Source: Anthoceros angustus (taxonomy: Eukaryota; Plantae; Anthocerotophyta). Taken from it: 64,000 nucleotides of DNA. Below the pieces are notes generated by a model that searched no databases, had not been told where the DNA came from, and saw only the letters and a program-made list of their open reading frames with translations. The stretch covers positions 186,001 to 250,000 of the forward strand of contig VJWM01000106.1 of the NCBI GenBank assembly GCA_010909165.1, written 5' to 3'. The translations under genes were made by a program, and so were the position numbers. Below, in pieces: positions 55,377-64,000 of the stretch (position 1 is its first letter; every line of letters starts with the position of its first letter).

Positions 55377-58300
55377 ATGCATGTCTCTGGGCGGGTTGCC
55401 ATATGTCTTATTTTGATAGCGTGCAGTTCTTTCCACCACAAGTCTAGCAGGAGCAATTGTGAGTATCTTACTTGATTTGGGATTTGGTGGGTGGTCTTTG
55501 TTTTGTGAAGCTGACCGAATAAATTGTGCTTTTGCAGACGGCTGTGTCTCGGCATTTGCTCGAAGTCCTGGTGGGTCTGCTACTTCTGCAGAGGAAGTTG
55601 CTGATGCTAGTTATATCTTCAATCACGCCAATTTTTGTATGAAGCAACAACTGCCTGATGAATATCCAGGCTGGGCTCCAGTCAGAGTTGGCCAAGCATT
55701 CACTTTTACTTTTCCAGTTTACTATGACACTTGGTGCGCTGTCGATGCTTTGCACCGGAACCTTGGCTCAGGAATCACCTGCAACAATGAGTGCAACGTC
55801 TGTGCGAAACCCTATACCTCGAGCACTGGGAACTCATTTGATTTCAACATGTCTTCCATCTTCAATAGACGCTCTCTGGAGGTTCTGGATCATGGAGCTG
55901 GCCAGAATGACATTGGAGGCCTGGCTTGTAATTTTGCTTTTGACATGGACAAGGATGCGGCCGCCACTGCAACCTGTATTGCAAGAAACCAACTTGCCTC
56001 GTTTTATGATACTTGGAGGTGGACCCTGACTGTTGCAGGATCTTCGTCGGCAGGGGACCCGCCTTACGTGGACATGGGTGCATATTTGAACATCAAGTTT
56101 CTGGCAGGTGATCAACCCAGGTTGGGATACCATACCCAGTGGCTTCACTCCTCAAATGCAGGATGTGTCTAATTTCAGGCTAGCTCAAGGCAACATTTTA
56201 CTGTTCTGTATGGTAGCCCCCTTTCGAGAGCTTCTCTAGGAAAGTCTTGCTGGTTGCATTGAATTTGGTGCTCAGAATTCTGCCTGTGTGGTCTTGACTC
56301 CTAATTTTGGGGCATGGATACTCGAGGCTTTGTATGTATCAGTGGATAGTGCCTTTCACTGCTTCCACAGGTGTTGCCAGTGCTGTGTGAAGAGTTTATA
56401 GGCTGTATGATGCCTGGAAGCTGAACTTGTAACTTGCTGATGTATCTCTTGGTAGTTAGTCCTTACACAGCTACAGCCGTACACAAACTTGCTCATTTGG
56501 GTGGAACAGGTGAAATCGTGTTATCGCAGAGTGATGTGAAGATGTTGAGCCCTTTTGAGCTGGTTGCAGGAGATTATGTAGTGTTTACTGTTGACTTCTA
56601 TGATGCATATAGGAATAAGGTAGGATATCACACCACTGGGCGGCCCAGCACCAGCAGCTGGCAATGGATTTATGGGTTCAGTGGCACGTCTTCTCGCGGA
56701 GTAGACTCCATGAGTGCCAATGGACTCATTTCTCATCCTCCAACCCTTGACGGAGAATTGACCCTTACATTCCAAACCAGCTGTGCTGGCAACTACACAC
56801 TGAGCTTGGGCGCCCTAGATCAGTTTCTGGATGGTGCACCTGTGAAGTTTAGTGTTATTGCTGGTAAGTATCTTTGTATATGTCATTACAAATATAGCAG
56901 CTTATGGAGCTTCAGTTGGTTTGTAAGGATGACAGGATTGTATGCGTTCACAGGCCCACTTTCTGTATCTTCTTCTCGTGTGGAACTTCGAACATCTCAG
57001 ATCATCGCTGGAAATAAGATGCTCTTGACTGTTTTCCTTTTGGACTTGCACTCAAACGCTGTAAACGCAACATACCAGATAGTTAAGGATTTCACGGCAG
57101 GCACAAAAATCTGGGACTTTTATTTGTATGAAAGCATCCCTCCAATCAGTATTGTAATAGGTCGAGACAATGTGTCACTCGTGATATCCTTCGTCCCAGT
57201 CATTGCCAGAACTTTCCGCATCCGCGTGGGAACTTTTAGCATCCAAGTTTCCAATTCTCCTGTTCCATTCTCTGTCACGCCTGGTAAGATAGTTTTATGC
57301 AGTTGAATATATGTTGACCTGGGATAGGTCTTACTCCTTGTTGAACCAACAATTCAACTCTTTTGATGAAGCATGCAGATGCAGTGTATGGTCCAACATC
57401 TGTTGGTCATATTACGAAGAAAACCTTCACTGCAGATGATATTTACTTTTACATGGGTATTACCCAATTGGATGTTTACTCCAATTTTGTTGGGGCCACT
57501 TCGGCTTGGACTTGCTACCTTACTAAAGATGGTGCCAGAATTTTCCCCTCTTACACTTTGAGATCGCAGGACGTAACAAAAGTAGATCAGCTGCTTTCAA
57601 TCTCTACTCCAACAACGGAGGGTCTGTATCAACTGTATGTTACTACCTTGGACGGCCTTGCACTTGGTGGCTGTCCATTCCAGATTACAATCCTTCCAGG
57701 TGCGCATACAGGGGGCCTAGTTCCTACTCAGTTGCAAGTGCTTAAGCAAGCCTTGAGGTCGTGCTTTGGACAAGCAGGTTGCAGGTTGTTAATCAGATGC
57801 TTGCCTTAGAAGGATTGGTGGAGCTTGAGGCATACTGGAGGACTGAACATACACCTTTGAATGTTTTACTTGGCAGGTGAAGTTTGGACGGCCCAAAGTG
57901 CTGTCAGCTTTGACCAGCAAGGCCCATTTTTTCCTGGGGCTTTGATATATGTCAAAGTCAGGCTAGTTGATGCCCACCGTAATGTAGTAACTGTTAGTTC
58001 GTCTTTGAAAATGCTGAATTTTCTATGGAAAGCTGTAATCAGGCGAACGGATGGGATGATTGTGTCCACACCCGTCCTCACTGTGTTGAAAAACAGTTCT
58101 GACGGTAGGCATCTGTATGCAGTCTACTTTGGATCATTGTGGAATGCTTATTTTCAGCTCCTTGACCTGGACTAATTATGGAGTTGTTCCAGGATTTCAG
58201 AGACTCTCTTTTCTTGCACCCAACGTATCCAACAGCATGTACAAGCTTCACGTGGGCAGCTCTGATGTTGAGTTCCAGTATTCCCCCTTGGATCTGCTCA

Positions 58301-61300
58301 CAACTGAAAGTAAGAACCTTCTAAAGCCCACCCTTGTGCGCAACTTCTTGGCTCAATAGTGACTCGGTGGATACAGGTCCCTCGTTGAACGTTCCCAGCT
58401 GCACTGGACAATGGGGGAGCAACAAAATCACTGCTGGTGCAACAGCATACTTATACGTCACTCTAGCTGATAAGTTTGGCAACAGACTGAAGCTCACGTC
58501 TGACAGGTTGCACCAAGTTGAAAAGATGATAAATATCACCATCTATCCAGCAATGTGGCCGTTGCTGCCAGTGCCAAGTCTGTATGTGCACGGTTATAGT
58601 GCACAACCATCCAAGCTACAGTACTATGGCCGTGCTGTTGTTGAGTTCATCCCCCAAGTAGCAGGCCAATATCGGTTGCAGGTTCAAGAGTCGAACAGGA
58701 GTATTGGAGGAGCCCCTTTCGTGTTCACCGTGTTTGCAGGTTAGGGAACGCGAAATGAAAGTCCTCCATTGTCAGTAAAGAGAGAGACGAGAGAGAGAAT
58801 TGCTTATGCTGCTAGCACGCGGTGAACTTTCTTCTGGCCATATTGCAGGTGACATATCGGTTACTGCAAGTACAGGATTTTGGTTTAACAACAAAAGCAC
58901 CTTCAACCCTGGTGATGAAGCTATCTTGAAAATCAAAGCTATGGACACCTTTGGGAATGTTGTCAGCTTTGCCACTGGGGTGCAGAAGCCTAGTGTTAAC
59001 TTTTCAGCTCTGATCTTGGAGACTGAGCCAACAGCTGTTCCAGTAACTGTATACCCACCACAGGATGGGTCTGGATATCACACTGCCTCCTTCTACCCAG
59101 TATACCCAGGCAGCAACTTTCATTTGCAAGTCGGAAGTGGCAAGTACTATATTATGGGGTCGCCATTTCTCTTCAATGTCAAAGGTAACCTGTGAGGTTT
59201 AGTGCGAGATATGGTGACAGTGCTTTCAATGCAGTCCTATTGTTTAAGCCTGAGGATGAAGGAGATCTTGAAGGAATTTTAAAATGGTGATGACTGAAAT
59301 CAGTTCAAATTGGGCAGGGGCTGTCTCAACAACCAGTTGCACAGGAGTTTTTTCTCAAAGTGAAGCCACATATGTAGCCGGATCAGTGGTCTATTTCGTC
59401 CTCTCCCAAAACGATGCACTCGGAAATCCTGTTCCTTTATCAGTCGACAGCCAATACTACCGCAAACTTTCTCCTTCTGTGTACAAGATCGTGGGCGGCT
59501 TCAAAATTCCTGTGCCGACTGATGATATGAAACTTAAACCATTAGCTACTTCATCAACAGCAAGCAATAATTTTACGATTTCCTTCACGATAGCGGAAGC
59601 TGGGAGCTTGCAACTTGTAATCATGGATAAAGATTTCTTCAGCGTATACGGGTCACCCTTCTCTTTCACTTGCGCACCAGGTATTTTGTTGTATCACAAT
59701 CTCTTGCAAGTCTGCTTCCTGAGCACCCGAGTGCAAGAGTGTTAAAATTCCAACTCGTAACTCCATAGGGATCATTGAATCCAGTTATAGACATACTGTG
59801 CAATTTAATGTGTAGGGCCTATAAATTCAACCAGGACCATTGTACAACCGGGTATATATGATATAGTCGCAGGGGCTGTGACAACCTTCGAAGTACAGTT
59901 TGTGGACTCCTATGACAACCCAACTGGTGACTCGGCTTCTATACACCTGGTTGTGAGAACGTTCACAGTGAAAGCCAACATTCAAACAGAAGTGAAAGGA
60001 GTGGATGTTTCTGCAGTCCCTGCATCGCTTGGGTTGTTCAATGTGACTTATGTCTTGTACACAGCAGGCCTTTACCTATTACAAGTTACTGCCTCAGACA
60101 ATAGACATAGTCCCTTATTGATGGGCGTACAAGGAGAGGTTGCCAGAACATATAACAGGATTGTGTTTGCAGGTATGTCAGACCATGGGTTCAAATGTCA
60201 CAGTTTTGCAGGCATGGGCAGATTATCTACTGTGTAAAGCTTTGTAAACACGCATGAAAGGATACCATCCTTCAACGATTCTCTAATTCTAGCTCATCCC
60301 TATGCAGGCCCAATGTATGTCCCATATTGCTTTGCATCGGGGGATGGGTTACAAGGTGAGGTTGTCTAGCCTTCAGATCGTTCTGTATATCTGCTTCCAC
60401 AATGGTCGATGTTGTATTGTCCAAACACTTTATCCGTGTTCATGTTCTTCTTCAGGTGGGGTCGTAGGAATGCCGCAGCAATTTAGTGTCAGTCTGTATG
60501 ACATGTACAAGAATCCCTATCCATCAGGAACTTTGAATGTATTTTTTGAACCCGTCACTGTACCAGTAAATGTGAGTTACTACTCCGGATATGCAACCAT
60601 TCAGTACTCATTCCAGAGGATTCCCATCACAGGCTCAACCATGGCCATGTTTGTTGTTAGTGGTGTTGGATTCAAAACGACTGGTATTCCAAGGAGTCCG
60701 TTCACTATTCAATTGATACCAGGTTTTTCTTGTTTGTTTATGTCATGAGGGAGTTGCTTCTTTCCATTGGTCACAAGCTAAGCTTGGGAAAAAAATGTTG
60801 TCTCTGCAGGACCTATTTCGGTGCAGAGCTGCACAGGGTTGTGGTTGAACCAGCAGAACAATTTTGCAGCGGGTATGCTGGGTCGCCTTCTAGTATTTCA
60901 AAGGGATAGATATGGAAATGTTGTAGCTGGCACCTCTGGCTACTATAATTTTCTAGTATGGGTTGCTACTTCGAATGGACTTGTGAATACCTCAGCTACA
61001 GTTAAGATGACCCCATACAGCGTATTAGAGCAAGGTTCACAGTTGATCACCTTCACCCTTACTGTCCCTAATCAGTACATCATTCAAGTTGGGAGTTCTG
61101 ACAAGCCTTTTACTCCTATTCTAGGCTCTCCATTTGTGTTCTCCTACACAGCAGGTTGGTCTTTCAGCACAGAGGGATCTCTCTGATTCATGAAGTAATT
61201 CAGGGGTCACGCTCACTGGATTTCACCATGTAGTGCTGGAGTCTCATGGCTAGTGCTCACCAAGTTCCATTCACATTCAGGATCGCTGTATCTTCCCTTT

Positions 61301-64000
61301 TGCATAGGGCATTGGCTAAATTATACATCAGAGATCATCGCGGGTGATGAAGGGGTATTTATTGTCTCACCAAGGGATGCTTGGAACAATGTTCTCGACA
61401 ATGTTGCAACCAATATGTGGGTAGTTATGGTGGCCAAACGAGATAGCCCAAAGAAACATCTGGACCTTGCCCGTTTGAATGTTCAGAAGCAGTCTGACGA
61501 TATTGTCATCAGCTTCTTAATTGAAAACAGGGGAGACTACCTCCTGTATGTGGGAGACAAAACAACAAGAATTCGAGGATCACCGTTTCATTTCAATGTG
61601 ACGACTGGTATGACCAGAGCTAGTTGCCCTCAATTGGGAATTACTAATTTGTCACTTGGGTGTAAACTGGTATATCTGGCGAGAACACTTTCATAAGTAA
61701 GACACGTTTTGTGCTCCTCTGGATTTGCAGGAATTGTGGACTTGAGTTTGTCTTATGCAACTGGGGAGGGGCTTTCTCGCTTGGCAACAGTGAGCTTGAG
61801 GAACGAAATTGTGGTGCATTTACTGGATCACTTTGGCAATGATGTTACTGAGAAGGAGAAGTTACTGAGCCTTGCTGTCTCTGGCCCAGGGAATGTGGCG
61901 CTTATTAGTTTTACTGACCTGGGAAGCGGATTATACAGTGCAAGTTACACCACAAGCAGTACTGGCATATACAAAATCACCGTGAAATATCTTGGTGCAA
62001 ATTTGATTGGTAGTCCTTTTTCAATTCATGTCGTACAATCTGGTACTTCCTCCACGTAGTTCATGTTGTGTTCATGCACAGATTCGACCTAGTGCTGGTC
62101 AGGCATTGAATGTCACAGAAACTGCAGGAGGAGTGCGAGCATCTTACTGCAAGGCATTTATTTCACCAGCAAGTGCCAATGTGCAGGCAGGTGAAGCAAC
62201 CTCCGTAACTATACATGCGTATGATGCCAGGGGCAATGCACCGTCAGCAGTCGATTACGACTTTGCTGTGGAGGTCAATCCACATCCCAGTATTAGCTCT
62301 GCGTACTTCACCGCGCATCTCCAGAAGGCAGCTGCAGGAAGCTTCCTCGCTACACTGAATGTGACAGACGCTGGTGATTATACACTGTTTGTTACCCTCT
62401 TCGGGACAAGGATTGGAGGGGGACCGTATGACCTGCTGGTTTCTCCAGGTGGTCACTCATCCATCTCAGCTTAATGCTTATCCTCTAGTGCAGGTTGCTT
62501 TCTTTACAGTGCATCAAGCACACAACATCGTCATGCATGACCTTTTATTTGCTGTTGTCCTACACACCAGCAAGCTGGGCAGTGGAGACGAGTGAGGCAA
62601 CTGGCTCAGGCCTTCAAAATCAGACTGCTGCAGTTGGATATGCACTTGCAGTGCAACTAAGCGATCAGTATGGAAATTTCATCACGATGGCAACGGAGGG
62701 AACATTTCCTGACAGCTTCTCAGTTGATGTGGTGGGGGATGCTGTGGTTAATTACTCTTCCAAGCTGATGCCCAATGGAAATGGAACATATTCTGGAAGC
62801 ATTGACTGGACTCATACAGGCGTGTATATTGTATATGTTCACCTGGGCAAACAGCAAGTCAAGGATAGCCCCTTCTCAATCACTATCTCCCCTGGTAGGC
62901 TTCCCGATTTTCGTAGTTCACCCTCAAGGCTCATCAGAAGTTCAGGTGAAGTGCAGTGGAGTGATACAGGACCGCTATCCTTGCAGGTTCAGTCTTTGTC
63001 CCTTTATGCATCGGCTTGGGTTCAGGTTTAAGAACAGCAATAGCACAGAGACCACAGCATATCTGGGTGCAGCTTAAAGACGTCTTTGGCAATGATCCAT
63101 CTGACGGCATCGATGAAGAAGGAAACTCGGTTGCGTTTTTTTTTCTCATTGGAGACAATGGCCAGCAGCCAAACGATTTCAAAAGGCTTACTAGCGGGTT
63201 ATACTATGCGATTTATGTTGTTTTCGAGGTTGGTCAATATCAGCTATCAATCAAGTCATCTAACGACTTGCACATCAGTTCCAGCCCGTTCGTAATCGAT
63301 GTGACATCAAGTAAGCCAAGGTTTTTGGGGGTTAGTCTTGATTCCAAAATGACACATTTGATGGATCTTCTGGCTACTGCAGACTATCTGCAGGATGTCC
63401 CAGCTGGGCCTGTTCTGTGTTCTTTCAAGAGTCTGAGTGCAAGCACTGTCCTATTGCTGCCGTACATCTTGTCAATGCCCTCGTCACTAAAATCTGTAGA
63501 AGACCATCCAGTTCCTCTCCAAGGGTATTTTCCCAGCTGTTAGTTTACGCTTCACGATAGCATGGCAACCAGTGTGCTAAATATGTCCGCTGTTCAACTG
63601 AAACAGGGGTTTACCATGCATGGAGGTGGGCTACAAGGATGCGAATGTGCATTTGAGTGTGACAGTGTCCGCTTCGCACGGACTTCTATATTTCGTACCG
63701 ACAATGGCAGATTTGTGGATACAAGTGACTGCACAATCTCAAGCTTCAATACTTATCGCAAGTACACAGGAAGCATATGATGACCAAGCAAACAGGGCGC
63801 TGCGGTTCTCAGGATCTATCCCAGCCATAGGTGCAGCCCTTCAGGCAATAGCATACACAGGGTACAAACATTTTGCATTGAACTTTGAGAGCCACGGTTT
63901 CAGGCAGTGGCTTAGCTTGCTACGCTGATTAATTGCTAAACCTGGTCGTGTTTCTTTGCAGGGCTAAGCACTACAATGGAAATGATACGATTTCTTTGCA
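55377..64000 (+). CDS. GEX2: Very large secreted/membrane filamin (Ig-like)-repeat protein, GEX2-like; more than 20 exons, runs off the right edge
   Basis: Signal-peptide-like exon MHVSGRVAICLILIAC; about 15 repeats with D.FGN/YDN and G(S/A)PF.(F/I).V..G motifs; then SVEDHPV...LRFSGSIPAIGAALQAIAYTG|AKHYNGNDTI, resembling the GEX2 membrane-proximal domain as recalled. The C-terminus is not in the window. Confidence 0.6.

Noticed and set aside
1-64000. tRNA, rRNA or snRNA genes
   Set aside because: None recognised by eye; a tRNAscan-SE or Infernal run would be needed to exclude them.

Overview
Gene-dense plant nuclear DNA with short (~70-100 nt) GT-AG introns and roughly balanced GC. Abundant PLS-class PPR genes with 'SWW'-type PG boxes suggest a non-seed plant such as a hornwort (inference). 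Gene order: PLS-PPR (cut by the left edge), INTS9, TELO2, SMC6 (single ORF), SERRATE, PPR1, CYP-a, a 4-kb repeat/transposon patchwork, PPR2, CYP-b, CYP-c, PPR3, plastid-type PGK, an AT-rich island (4xCCCH ORF and an orphan EF1B exon), an F-box pseudogene, an RLE-type LINE 3' fragment, PPR4, and a very large multi-exon filamin-repeat gene (GEX2-like) that runs off the right edge. Best leads: (1) three CYP707-like P450s, interleaved with PPR genes, that all replace the I-helix acid residue with an A-S-N-(G/A/S)-T motif; (2) a GEX2-like surface protein with about 15 phase-1 exon-encoded filamin repeats and an extra Cys-rich N-terminal domain; (3) an AT-rich island carrying an intact ZC3H3-like zinc-finger ORF; (4) an intronless SMC6. 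All family assignments come from motif recognition and memory; no database search was run.
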